From positions 1 to 62,138 of the forward strand of contig CAZLEV010000015.1 in assembly GCA_964558645.1 (NCBI GenBank): 62,138 bases of DNA, written 5' to 3'. Under the pieces are notes generated by a model. The model was not told the origin of the DNA. It saw only the letters and a list, made by a program, of their open reading frames with translations, and ran no database searches. Below, one piece after another: positions 50,821-61,072 of the stretch (position 1 is its first letter; every line of letters starts with the position of its first letter). The translations under genes were made by a program, and so were the position numbers. The DNA comes from an uncultured archaeon. GTDB taxonomy: Archaea; Asgardarchaeota; Thorarchaeia; Thorarchaeales; Thorarchaeaceae.

Positions 50821-51323
50821 AACACCCCTTCTTTCACCAGAAGAGCCACGGGTCTCGAGGTCTCCTCCATCTTATCAGACGCCGATTCAATGGTATGTTC
50901 CCAGTTCTCCCCTCTCAGTTCCCAATATGGAACTACATAGGCGTCCAGGACGCTTTCCGTTACGTTCCCCATGAGGGAGTGTTCTGGAAAGTCGCGGTCT
51001 GGTTCAAGCCCACGCCAGCTGATGATGAGCAGCATAGGCAACCTATAGAGCTGAGCAAGTGAGGTCAGTACATCACCAATCGTTGCAAACCCGGAGTTCT
51101 GCATGATCACAAAGGCACGGGCTCCACCGAAGGCCACACCCGAGGCAATACCTACTGCCTCATCCTCCCTCGTTGCTGGGATGTACCTGATCGAGTCAGT
51201 TCGCTCGAGTTCATCTATCACTCGTGAGAAGTACGAACACGGAACTCCCGATGCAAAAGCGAACCCCTGCTCTCGCAGAACTTGGAGAAACTCAGAACTG
51301 CCGATCATACCCTCACGCCCCAT
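50817..51323 (-). CDS. comD: Sulfopyruvate/phosphonopyruvate decarboxylase alpha subunit
   Basis: GVPCS, TREDEAVG, MQNSG. Confidence 0.78.
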   Translation of the reverse strand: MGREGMIGSSEFLQVLREQGFAFASGVPCSYFSRVIDELERTDSIRYIPATREDEAVGIASGVAFGGARAFVIMQNSGFATIGDVLTSLAQLYRLPMLLIISWRGLEPDRDFPEHSLMGNVTESVLDAYVVPYWELRGENWEHTIESASDKMEETSRPVALLVKEGVL

Positions 51324-51957
51324 TCCCCTGACTTAAATCTCGCGATTATAAGGGCGGGAGAAACCGTCATTTCAGGCTGCTATCACGTCATGGTACTTGG
51401 AACACGTGTTCTAAGTATCTGGTTCTCGGGAATGAAGGTGTTTGGTGAGTAGCATCGATCGGTTCCAGAGGGTGCACCATAATAAGAGGGGAATGCCTAA
51501 GGTATGGTGGGAAAACACTAGCAATCTCAAGGTTTGAAGGATACGGCATCATCACCATAGCTGTAGATACAGGTAACATAGCCATATCCTCTTCCTGCAG
51601 CAAACAGTGTGGGAGTTTCTACAAAGACAGAATTGTCACACAGCCCCCTTGGAGAAACTATCAGCATACTAGACAAAATCAGAAGGTGTGTCCTCTTCAG
51701 TCACTCTTGAGGAGATCAAGCGGCTACTATAGATCGAACAAAGACCAAAGCGAACCTAACTGTTACCCACCCGTTTAATGACTGAAGATTGGTTGGTGGT
51801 GGTTCATCCTCGGGAGTAGTCACGTCGATTTCTCTTCGACTAGCTCACAGCGTTGGGCTTCTTGGACACGACTCAGGGTTCTCTTTAGGTGAGAGAACTT
51901 ATAACGTCACAAGAGCAGATATACCAAGGGGAAGAAGAACTGGCAGATAGCATGCAT

Positions 51958-52563
51958 ATGGGGAACTCGATGGACTCCTATCCAGCCGTATGCTGGTGGT
52001 GTGGAACAATCGAAACCGACAATTGGGTTGAACGGGAAGGCCGCATATACTGTTCAGTTGGGTGTCACCTCGCCGCGACCTACAAGGAAAACATAGGAAT
52101 GGGGTTCTGTTTCTTGTCGATAGCATTTTTGATGGGCGCAATCCACCCAGTGGGCGGCTTCTTTGGTCTTTTCTCGCTAATCTCGTTCCGGGTAGCCTAT
52201 GAAGGCAGGAAGTATCTCCACAAGAAGGATAAGTACGGCGCGCCTCCCCGGGAGAAGCTCCGCACACTTGACTTCTCGCAAAGACTGCCATCCCCTAGAC
52301 CAAGACTCAATTTGATCTGCTCTCATTGTGGTCATCTCAACCGGGTGGACATTTTAAGATGTGAGAACTGCGGGGCATCGCTTCTCGCGTCCGATTTGGC
52401 CAAACTGACCGTGGTCCCCTCTAGTAACTCCAAAAGAGTGAAGTGCCCCTGGTGTTCGGCGGTCTATTCCTACAGTCCGTCTAGTTTCAGGGAGGAGGGG
52501 AGTGTGGTCTGCCAGAACTGCAACAAGTCATTCTTCATCGAACAGAATGATGAAGATGACTGA
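51958..52563 (+). CDS. Zn-finger/TM/double zinc-ribbon protein
   Basis: CWWCG...YCSVGC, TM hairpin, four more CxxC. Confidence 0.72.
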   Translation: MGNSMDSYPAVCWWCGTIETDNWVEREGRIYCSVGCHLAATYKENIGMGFCFLSIAFLMGAIHPVGGFFGLFSLISFRVAYEGRKYLHKKDKYGAPPREKLRTLDFSQRLPSPRPRLNLICSHCGHLNRVDILRCENCGASLLASDLAKLTVVPSSNSKRVKCPWCSAVYSYSPSSFREEGSVVCQNCNKSFFIEQNDEDD

Positions 52564-52636
52564 TCCCGACTCTTGGGTGACAGATACTCAGAACTCCGAA
52601 CCTGTCGACCTCGTACGGCCAGAAATCTCAGAGGGT

Positions 52637-52825
52637 GGGTAGCGAAAGGCTGCCTGGAACAGGAACACAATTGGACACCTCAGAATGGGAAAACAAGTCC
52701 CCCAACCACCGACTGAGAGCTGGGTTCCAAGCTGCTGCCCGCAGAACCTGCAGAGAACCGCTGTCTGGAGCTTGAAACCTGCTCTAATGGTGGGAAGAAG
52801 AAGATTCAGTCAACACACGCACGAG
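52637..52825 (+). mobile_element. Dispersed non-coding element, degenerate copy E
   Basis: A 75-nt stretch aligns without gaps to copy A (49/75 by hand), ending GACTGAGAGCTGG; the 3' half is diverged. Confidence 0.55.
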
Positions 52826-52935
52826 TCAGAGAAACGTCACCGTTACACCCCCTCTTGCAGCAACACTTGACTATTCCGCATCTTCTCCCTCATAGAACCC
52901 GGCTCAAAGCTACAGGAGAGCTGTGAAGCCCAGAG

Positions 52936-53718
52936 TCACAGTGAGAACGCACCCTTGAACTTGCTGCTTCGATAGCAGGCCTTGATACATTTTCCACAGA
53001 TATCCTCAGTGATGCCCTTGGACTGAAGAAACAGCATATAGCGACGACAGTTCTCCCTGTAGTCAGGTAGAGCGTCACGATGCCTGATGAAGCCACAGGC
53101 ATCCTCACAGGCAGTGCAGTCGCCGCATCTAGACTCCATTCTCGTCCCGTGGAGAAGCGGGATTCCAGTGATCACCGATGCAAATCTTATGGCGCAACTG
53201 AACCTTTCATGTATGACGAGCTGGTTCTTCCCTCTCCATCCAATCCCCGCGTTCTCTGCCACCACTCTATGAGAGATGACCATGGGGAAGTACTCATGCA
53301 CATGCTCTATGTCCTCAATCACTCCACCCATCGTCGCCTCTAGCGCAATACCATGGAAACGGGACGCAATGCGCTCAGATAGCCTGTTCAGCAATTGATT
53401 CAGTCGGTCATACTCCTGTGCATACCTGTCCCAGAGCGGATAGTCCGGACTGTGATTCTTTTCCTCATCAATATAGTCAATGACAGGGTCCCGATATGCG
53501 ACTGCAATGCTGATTATGGAGCCCGAGTCGTAGAGGGAATGAAAGTCACTTCCCACAATCTCGCGAATCTTGGTCTTCTGTGCATCCATCAGTTCGTCGT
53601 ATACGACACTGAAACTCGCGACCCCGATGACGCCTCTCTCATGCTCCTCTTGGACCAGTTGGTGAAAGAACTCTGATAGCTCTCGGGTGTTCTCTTCAGC
53701 GTCGTTCATCCAATCCAT
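52936..53718 (-). CDS. Epoxyqueuosine reductase-like 4Fe-4S protein
   Basis: AGIGWRGKNQL, CGDCTACEDAC, CGKCIKAC. Confidence 0.8.
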   Translation of the reverse strand: MDWMNDAEENTRELSEFFHQLVQEEHERGVIGVASFSVVYDELMDAQKTKIREIVGSDFHSLYDSGSIISIAVAYRDPVIDYIDEEKNHSPDYPLWDRYAQEYDRLNQLLNRLSERIASRFHGIALEATMGGVIEDIEHVHEYFPMVISHRVVAENAGIGWRGKNQLVIHERFSCAIRFASVITGIPLLHGTRMESRCGDCTACEDACGFIRHRDALPDYRENCRRYMLFLQSKGITEDICGKCIKACYRSSKFKGAFSL

Positions 53719-53919
53719 CTCGATACTCTCTCTTACAAGTCACTCATCCATCGTCTCTTATATCGGGTGTGGAACAAGAACAAGGGGGATTGTCACAGAG
53801 AGAGAGCAACCTAGTCGTGGTTCTCGTAGGCCTGGCACACCGCGGCCTTCGGACTCTCAGGGGGTTAACCAAATCTTTGCTATCTGTTACTTCTACCTCA
53901 TGGATGGCTTCAAGCAGTT

Positions 53920-54555
53920 CTAGGCTGTCTTCCTGGCGAATATCCAGTATTGCCTCTCGCCACCCAGACTCAATACCCCTTCAGACAATATCTCAAATCC
54001 CAAGTCTTTCACAACTGCCAGTGTCTTCTTCGGATCGTTCGTGCTCCACAACATGGGCTCACCAAAGAACTGGCTCATACCCTCGGACTCATAGACTCCT
54101 GTATTGAATACCAATATCCCATCATCGCTGAGCATGCGATGGAAGTTCTGAATGATCTCAGGATGGTGGGTTCGCGGAATGTGCCACAGAGTATAGACAC
54201 AGATGATACCATCAAAGGACTGATTTGGAAAGTCCAGCGTGGCGATGTTCTTCTGGTGGAATGTGGCCTCAGGGACATTGGCTCTTGCCAGATCCACCAT
54301 GCTCTTGGAAATGTCAACTCCTGTCACCTCGAAGCCCTTCTTCACCAGGAACTCTGCCGTAGGTCTTCCAACGCCACAGCCTGCATCCAGAACCCGACCT
54401 GAAGAGGGGAGTAGGTCACAGAACTGCTCCAGCTCATCCCTGAACTTGTTGTTGTTTCTGTAGTTGTGATATGTCTCTCCCATCTTGTCGTAGCTCTCTT
54501 CCACTGTCTTGAATATCTCCAAGAATACCAAATCCTCCTGTGAATCACTGACCAA
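53920..54555 (-). CDS. Class I SAM methyltransferase
   Basis: VLDAGCGVG, GVDIS. Confidence 0.9.
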   Translation of the reverse strand: MVSDSQEDLVFLEIFKTVEESYDKMGETYHNYRNNNKFRDELEQFCDLLPSSGRVLDAGCGVGRPTAEFLVKKGFEVTGVDISKSMVDLARANVPEATFHQKNIATLDFPNQSFDGIICVYTLWHIPRTHHPEIIQNFHRMLSDDGILVFNTGVYESEGMSQFFGEPMLWSTNDPKKTLAVVKDLGFEILSEGVLSLGGERQYWIFARKTA

Positions 54556-54859
54556 TTAGTTACGGTCAGAATATAGTCTGTCAAACCACGTGTATGTTAA
54601 CAATATTTAACTGCTGTGCTGAGGGCACAAGGCATCAGTTTCAGCTCTCTAAGGAGAGCACCTGCCAATCTGGGCGGTACGAGTCATTCCGTGAGCACAA
54701 CTCCAATTAGAAGCGAGAAGAGCATCAATGTCTGGAAGTCAAACATGACCTTCCCAATCTTGGCCATCTCAATCGCGATAGGTCTACTCTTGAGCACATA
54801 TAGACTCCTCGTGGCGCTATCATGGAAATCGTCATTGCGCACTGTCGTCTAACATCTGA

Positions 54860-55020
54860 ACAGTGTCTGAAGAGTGTGCTGTACATTGTCAGAGGACAAA
54901 CGGTTCAGCAAGATTGCTGGAGTCTTGGACAACGAGGACATCGATGTCATCAAGCGAACTATCGCAGCAGTCAGAGTCAGAAGTAGAGAACAAATCAAGG
55001 CTATTTTCACACACGACTGA
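54860..55020 (+). pseudogene. Remnant of a VapB-type antitoxin
   Basis: KRFSKIAGVLDNEDIDVIKRTIAAVRVRSRE (from 54898) matches KRLSEIAGVLDDEDIEVIERAVASIRARSRE of 60337..60573; no intact 5' half. Confidence 0.75.
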
Positions 55021-55091
55021 TATTCAGCAGTCTTGCCGACAGAGCGCTACGATAGAGTGGCTTATCGCTGCGCCAGGAGCAGTCTAGGCCA

Positions 55092-55517
55092 TCATCCAAC
55101 GAACTCGATTCTGTCGGATAGTTTGCCCGACTCCATTGCATCGACTATCTCCTTCTCTCTGCGAGCGAATAGTGCGGTCCCGCCTGTCAGTCGTGCAGCT
55201 GCGATAGTGAAGCAATCGGGCAAGGCGACGGCTGCCTTGCACTTTATCTCTGCTGCCTCAGTCCAGAGAACTCGAAAGGGGATTACCGCAACAAGGGCCG
55301 AACGTAGGAGGCTCTCTGTCTTCTCCATAGCCTCAGCCCAACTCAACCTTCGACAGAGGATGTAGCTCAGTTCGCAGAGGGCGATCTCCGTGCATGCATA
55401 CGAGCTAGGGCCATCAGCAATACTCTGGGACAGGTCCGTCATGAAGGGCTCGCCAAGAGCAAGAGCGATCAACACCCCAGCATCTAGTATGATTGTCTCA
55501 TCTTCGCCGGTCTTCAT
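55092..55517 (-). CDS. vapC: PIN domain toxin
   Basis: IILDAGVLI, E, LPDCF. Confidence 0.85.
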   Translation of the reverse strand: MKTGEDETIILDAGVLIALALGEPFMTDLSQSIADGPSSYACTEIALCELSYILCRRLSWAEAMEKTESLLRSALVAVIPFRVLWTEAAEIKCKAAVALPDCFTIAAARLTGGTALFARREKEIVDAMESGKLSDRIEFVG

Positions 55518-55749
55518 CAAGGCGCCTCTCCAGCATAAGGTCGACATAGAGTGAATCGAAATCAACGCCTGAGATGGGAGCTGTGAACCGCTCCCAGGCC
55601 TCCTTGTCCACCTGCCTCTCAGTATACTCATCGATAAGGAATCGGATTACCGTATCGAAATCCGCCCGTTTCTGAGTCCTCTTTTGAAGCTCACCTGCAA
55701 TGCGCAGCAGTTTCTTCCGTGTTTCCTCCTTGATCGAGATCGTGGTCAT
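55498..55749 (-). CDS. vapB: Antitoxin (RHH-like)
   Basis: MTTISIKEET...FDTVIRFLI; overlaps the PIN gene. Confidence 0.8.
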   Translation of the reverse strand: MTTISIKEETRKKLLRIAGELQKRTQKRADFDTVIRFLIDEYTERQVDKEAWERFTAPISGVDFDSLYVDLMLERRLDEDRRR

Positions 55750-56114
55750 AACCTGTCATTGTAGGTCTATGTGTTTATTGTAATAAACACAACGATTGTG
55801 TTATACACAGTAGACACAGGAAACTCAGTGAGGAGATGTCCGAGATCAGCCGGCGTATCCTAGACTTGGCATGTAACGGAGAGAATCATCAGTCTAGATG
55901 CCGACCAGCATTTTCGTAGCTGTCATGTCAGGCTTCGGACGCCCCCTTGAAATGGTGGAGGAGTTGTTGCCTCGGTAGAAAGGTTGTCTGTTCCCTCTAT
56001 CTGACTACGAGAGTCATCATCAGGAACGGGAATCTCGCAATACTAGTGAGATACCCCCAGATCGGTGCAATGAGACCATCACCTATTTTTGGGTCCCGTG
56101 CGAGTGTTTCAGAC

Positions 56115-56426
56115 ATGACCGAGAGAGAGGGAAGAATAGCCGAAGAAAAGAGAACGGTTGAACTGATGATTCGGTACTACTGTGAGCACAGACACGATTC
56201 AGAGGTTCTATGCCCAGACTGTGAAGACCTTCTCGACTACGCCCGGTCCCGGCTAGACAACTGCAGATACGGCAACGATAAGCCAACCTGCAGGAAATGC
56301 AAGACTCACTGCTACAGTCCACAGTACCGAGACCGGATCAAGACGGTCATGCGATTCTCTGGCCCGCGAATGCTGTTCACAGCGCCCTTGCGATGGATCA
56401 GACATGTGCTCCACGACCGGGAGTAG
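56115..56426 (+). CDS. YgbA (nitrous oxide-stimulated promoter) family protein
   Basis: MIRYYC, KPTCRKCKTHCY, VMRFSGPRM. Confidence 0.88.
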   Translation: MTEREGRIAEEKRTVELMIRYYCEHRHDSEVLCPDCEDLLDYARSRLDNCRYGNDKPTCRKCKTHCYSPQYRDRIKTVMRFSGPRMLFTAPLRWIRHVLHDRE

Positions 56427-56689
56427 ACACTGATGTGTCTAGGATTTGGCTGCACTCATAGTGCCTATAGCTGGTGAGGGATGCAGACAGCCCCGTGGAC
56501 AACGAGCATCCACGAGATGACTCTGTAAGGTACTGTGTAGGACTCTACACAGCCTGATTTCGGAGCCCTCACCTTGAAGTCAAGAATACAGACATTCCAT
56601 CCTCACAGAATTGGTCCAATGCCGCTTCTCGAGGGTCATCCAAGTCACACCAGATGCCTTTCTGCTCCAATACCAACGGGGGACCAGCA

Positions 56690-57612
56690 TCAACTCTCGT
56701 CCAGAAACTGCTTCAGACTCTGAGTGGCCTCCCTCGTGAGTCCTCGGATCACAATGGGAGAGATGGTGATATTGTTCCGCTCAGTGACCTCAATGATGTC
56801 TTCGGTGTCACCAAGATCGGTCTCGCCACCCTGAATCCAGTAGTAGGTGCCGCTGTAGGGGTCCTCTCTGGCCTCTATCCGGTTCGGTACGGCCGCAATA
56901 GTAGATTCGGTGATCACCAGTCTTGAGTCCTCTGTGACCGTTCATTGTAAATTGTACAATCTTGGACGCCAGAGTGATGTACTCCCAAGAACGGCACTGG
57001 GGAGACTCTGTGAGGCCATAGGGCGTGTCAGTCAACCTCATACTCTCATCTCTCTCCGGGAGTATATAAAGACCTACATATTTATTCAGATGCTCATCTA
57101 TGAAGTGTCCAACTTTGTCCCACTTCTATGCAACTGTTAACAACCCTTTTGGGAAAGTTCAGGTTGAGTACATCGATCCCTTCGGGGAAACCCTCTGCAA
57201 ATATGCACTCGATAATCCTGAGTGTGTGTGAGCAGATGAGGTCAAGGCCACTCTCGACACCGTTCTGCGTGAACCAGTACTTGGACTCGACATCCTGTGA
57301 CACAGCCAGAGCCGGATAGCCCTGCAGTGCGGCCTCCAGAGCGGCGCCAATCGTGCCACTGGTGAGCATACGGTGATAGCCAAGGTTAGCACCGGGGTTG
57401 ATCCCAGACACGAAGAGGTCAAAGTTATCTCGCATGGAGAGCGCAATGGGAACCGAGTCTGCAGGGAACCCGTCATGGATGATGAGTTCGTAGTCCTCGG
57501 TCTTGGAATGCTCAAGATAAACCATTTCTGACACATTGAGGCACCTCAACCTGTCGGAAACTTCTGTGTTCCACCCGTCCCCTGCCAGTGTCACCACTCC
57601 CAGCAGTCCCAA
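56690..57612 (-). pseudogene. surE: surE 5'/3'-nucleotidase, interrupted and 5'-degraded
   Basis: SGINPGANLG, SGTIGAALEA, LNLNFP | VTEDSRLVIT...DPYSGTYYWI; N-terminal NDDG motif absent. Confidence 0.85.
56938..57146 (-). mobile_element. Dispersed non-coding element, copy D, inserted in surE
   Basis: Removing 56939-57144 (206 bp) restores CCC AAA AGG GTC ACA (P-K-R-V-T) in frame. Confidence 0.88.
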
Positions 57613-58386
57613 AGGACGCTGAGGCAGCAGAGGCTTTGTCCATGCTCATCGGGATGGGATCCCTCCCACGGTCCTGGCCTCCTCCTCCTGTGTTCTTCCT
57701 GAGGTATCACTCTCAGCCACAGCAAGGCTTTCCACAGTTCTTACCACGGCGGGTTCATGATCACCCTTCCTGACCTCGTCACCGAAGGCAGCAAGGCTCG
57801 TTTGAGCATGGTGAACAGCCGCGGACTCTCCGGGACCTGATGGGGCCCCTTACCTGGAGAGTAAAGACCTCCGTCGAGAAGAACCAGTCTTCCCTCGGGT
57901 CTTCGGCCGCGAGCTCCGTGCTACAGCACTGGCCCACTCACCTAGTCCTATATCTTGGTATGAACGGCACTATATAGACTCCTCTCGGTATGGTCTCTTC
58001 AGGGGAGAACAAGCAAAATCTGACACATTTCTGACACTTCTATCTGACAGATTAACCAGGAAAAGGCGGTATTTTCATGCTTCAAGAATCCTGATGGGAT
58101 GACCAAGACTGAGAGCCTTCCCTGAGCCGCTGCGCTGGCTGTCCGGAATCACTGCAAGCACGTCGTTGCTCTCTGACAGGACGGCCAGCAGCCGCTTCAT
58201 GCCGACACTTGCCGGTCCATCGTCGTCCATCAGGCAGATCGTGTGCAACTGTTATCTCTCCGTGTCGGTATACTCGTACCGTCAGGGTTTGAATCTTCTG
58301 ATAAGAGCTGGGCAAGTCCATTTTACGCTGAACCCGTCAAGAACCGGGACTTCGATTGCTTTCTCACTTGTTAGGGATGGTCAGGT

Positions 58387-59025
58387 CTATTGATACAACA
58401 ACATGAACGCAAACGAGACAAGGTCCTGCACGAGAGCCAGAGAAACCACCCATAACAAGACAAGTGCCACGGTCCTCTTTGCGGACAGGTCTGACATGAC
58501 CCAAATAGCAACTGCCTGGTAGACAAGTGCTAGGATCCCGATAAGAAAGAACGGGTTCGGAATCCAGCCAAGGATAAGCCCGGGGGTCATCCCATAACAC
58601 ACCGCGGAGAACCCGGGTCTGAGAGAATCATCGAGAGGCTTGTCATCCAAGACAGTAATACCGCCAGCAATGATCAGACCGGAGATCAGACCTAGGATCA
58701 GGTAACCGAGCTCATTGCTCAGGGCAAAGGAGGCTATCATTAACAGCCAGTCGGAAAGAGCCAACCATTCAAACACAACCCAGTGTGCAAACAGCTGAGC
58801 GCTCCCGCCGCAGTTGCTCGGATTGGAATAGTCCACACCACAGAGTGTTGCCAGGATAGCTGATAGTACCGAGGTCACAAGCCCGTAGGTCAAAAGGAAG
58901 GTCATGCTATCTCTGACAGGACGGCCTCTCAGCCGTTCGAAGCTCCTGACGGGTCGGAGAAGTATGGTAAGGGGGTTCGTGAATGAGCGCGCCGTTGAAT
59001 CCTCGGTCAGACCGTTTCGCGACAT
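58387..59025 (-). CDS. YIP1-like membrane protein
   Basis: LLRPVRSFERL, YGMTPGLILGWIP, about five TM segments. Confidence 0.7.
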   Translation of the reverse strand: MSRNGLTEDSTARSFTNPLTILLRPVRSFERLRGRPVRDSMTFLLTYGLVTSVLSAILATLCGVDYSNPSNCGGSAQLFAHWVVFEWLALSDWLLMIASFALSNELGYLILGLISGLIIAGGITVLDDKPLDDSLRPGFSAVCYGMTPGLILGWIPNPFFLIGILALVYQAVAIWVMSDLSAKRTVALVLLWVVSLALVQDLVSFAFMLLYQ

Positions 59026-59154
59026 CCTTCCTCACACCTCTGAAAGCCGGAAATAGCATCATATCATCCCCTAAGGAATCCAAAAAGCATGCTGTCTGAG
59101 CAATATAGGAGTGTTTGATTCTCAGTGAGAACTGCTGAGACGTACTCGATTCAT

Positions 59155-59931
59155 CTAGATAAAGAGAGGCAATAGAATGTGCAAGACTACATCCATGCCA
59201 AAATGCGACAGCATAGCATACTCGAGTCCGCTCCTCCAGAACATGAAGCCAAACACAATCCCACCAATGGCGTTCAAGAACACAATCCGAAGGATGTGAG
59301 CTATAGAGAGATCAGCGAAGAAGAGAACTGTTGGTAGATGACTCACGCCGAACAATACTGCCGCGATAATGATTGACAACCACATACCGGCAGCTGTAGG
59401 TCGCCCGTCGTCGTCCGGCTTGATGCGCAAGAAGACCCATGCGAAGATGCTCATCGCGCAGAGTCTCATTGCCACCTCCTCTGCAGTGGCACCATAGGGG
59501 AGCGCAAGAATGGTCTGCCAGAGTGGGGGTGTCTCCTGACCGGGATATGGCTTCAGAAGTTCTATGTTGCCTATCGTCTGTGCGAGTAGGACGTCAAAGA
59601 CAAAAATCACAAGGCCTGTCACAACGCCGGACAACAGAGAGATCAGGAGTGGCCCTCCAAGGTATCGATTCTCTCTCTCAGAGGACAACATGTTCTCCAA
59701 TATCGGTATTCTGAGTCCCACCTTCTCTGAGAATCTCAGCCCCAGAAAGATAAAGACTGCAAACTGGACTCCATTCGCAAGAACCTGAAGGGGCAGCAAG
59801 AGGGCCAGGGGGATAGGAATCAGTGCGAGTAGTTCTCCCTGCGTTGTCAACACATACGGCAGGATGGCGATCACAGACATGAAACAGAGTATCCAGATAA
59901 CAAGGAAGACTCTCCTCTCTAGCTCATTCAT
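59155..59931 (-). CDS. CPBP/Abi intramembrane metalloprotease
   Basis: EEVAMR, FGVSH, SHFGMD. Confidence 0.88.
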   Translation of the reverse strand: MNELERRVFLVIWILCFMSVIAILPYVLTTQGELLALIPIPLALLLPLQVLANGVQFAVFIFLGLRFSEKVGLRIPILENMLSSERENRYLGGPLLISLLSGVVTGLVIFVFDVLLAQTIGNIELLKPYPGQETPPLWQTILALPYGATAEEVAMRLCAMSIFAWVFLRIKPDDDGRPTAAGMWLSIIIAAVLFGVSHLPTVLFFADLSIAHILRIVFLNAIGGIVFGFMFWRSGLEYAMLSHFGMDVVLHILLPLFI

Positions 59932-60054
59932 CTTAGACTCCCAAAGAGAAGGAGGCAGGACTGCTATAAAGACTTGACATCGGAGAATCAGAGAGGAGCC
60001 AATTCCCTCTGCACTGACACCTGTCAACCCATGCCCCTATCCATCTAGCAGAGA

Positions 60055-60261
60055 CTAGTCCAACCACTTGTAGTCTCTACTTCTGTGGATTATCTCAGTG
60101 ACGCGAACATCATAATCCACCACGAAGTAGATCGCTCGATAGTCGCCGATGCGTAATCGGAAGAGAAACGGTTCGGCAGGGGTGATGAGTCTCCTGATGT
60201 CCCCTCCAGAACGTCTTCGAAATGGACCGTCTTCCAGCTCCGATGCAGGGACGATCTGCAT
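60055..60261 (-). pseudogene. RelE/ParE toxin, N-terminally truncated
   Basis: FRLRIGDYRAIY...IIHRSRDY; short N-terminus and no upstream antitoxin. Confidence 0.7.
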
Positions 60262-60336
60262 CTTGAAGTAGCAGCGAACATAGCATCTGGAGTCACGCTG
60301 TGTAATTTATAAGCCCATATATGTATACATATAGTC

Positions 60337-60573
60337 ATGGGTAGCAAGACGATCTCGGTCTCAGATGAGGCCTATGCACGACTGAAGGCCCTCAAGAGAC
60401 CTAACGAGAGTTTCAGTGACACGATAAACCGACTGACTGGCAGGAAGCGGCTCAGTGAGATTGCCGGGGTCTTAGATGATGAGGACATCGAAGTCATCGA
60501 GAGAGCGGTGGCATCAATCAGGGCCAGAAGCAGAGAGCGACTCGCCGACATGGCCACGGAGCTGTCTGACTGA
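60337..60573 (+). CDS. vapB: VapB-type antitoxin
   Basis: KTISVSDEAYARL...ESFSDTINRL. Confidence 0.9.
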   Translation: MGSKTISVSDEAYARLKALKRPNESFSDTINRLTGRKRLSEIAGVLDDEDIEVIERAVASIRARSRERLADMATELSD

Positions 60574-60965
60574 TGATCCTTGATACTTCCTTCATCATCG
60601 ACCTCCTGCGGGGGCGAGAGAGTGCTGTCAAAAAGGTCAACATGCTCGAGGCCGAGGCAATCGCCACCAACATCTCATCGCCTTCAGTGTTTGAGCTCTT
60701 CGTGGGAATCAGCCTCACTGACAAACTTGCAGCAGAGAAGAAGAAGATCATGGACGTGCTAGAGTCGTGGGGTACATTGTCGCTTGATGCTGAGTGTGCC
60801 GCACGCGGTGGCAGAATCCATGGTGAGTTGATCAGAGAAGGGCAACCAATCGACCCTGAGGACTCCATGATTGCAGCCATCGCACTGGTGAATGGTGAGA
60901 CCCTGCTCACAAGGAATACCAAGCACTTCGGTCGAGTTCCTGACCTTGAGATAGAAGAATACTGA
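60573..60965 (+). CDS. vapC: VapC PIN toxin
   Basis: MILDTS, DSMIAAIA, TRNTKHF. Confidence 0.93.
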   Translation: MILDTSFIIDLLRGRESAVKKVNMLEAEAIATNISSPSVFELFVGISLTDKLAAEKKKIMDVLESWGTLSLDAECAARGGRIHGELIREGQPIDPEDSMIAAIALVNGETLLTRNTKHFGRVPDLEIEEY

Positions 60966-61072
60966 CTCCTCGAAGCAGATGATTTCCGCTAAAGACGCCA
61001 ATCATCCGGTCATGGATAGCAAGAACCTCGTCAAAGGTCAGATAGCGCAATCTCAAGGCCTCGGATGTTGCC

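Noticed and set aside
57830-57967. TATGAACGG here (and TATGAACTG at ~31540, minus strand) as extra element copies
   Set aside because: Only the terminal word matches; no colinear internal similarity.
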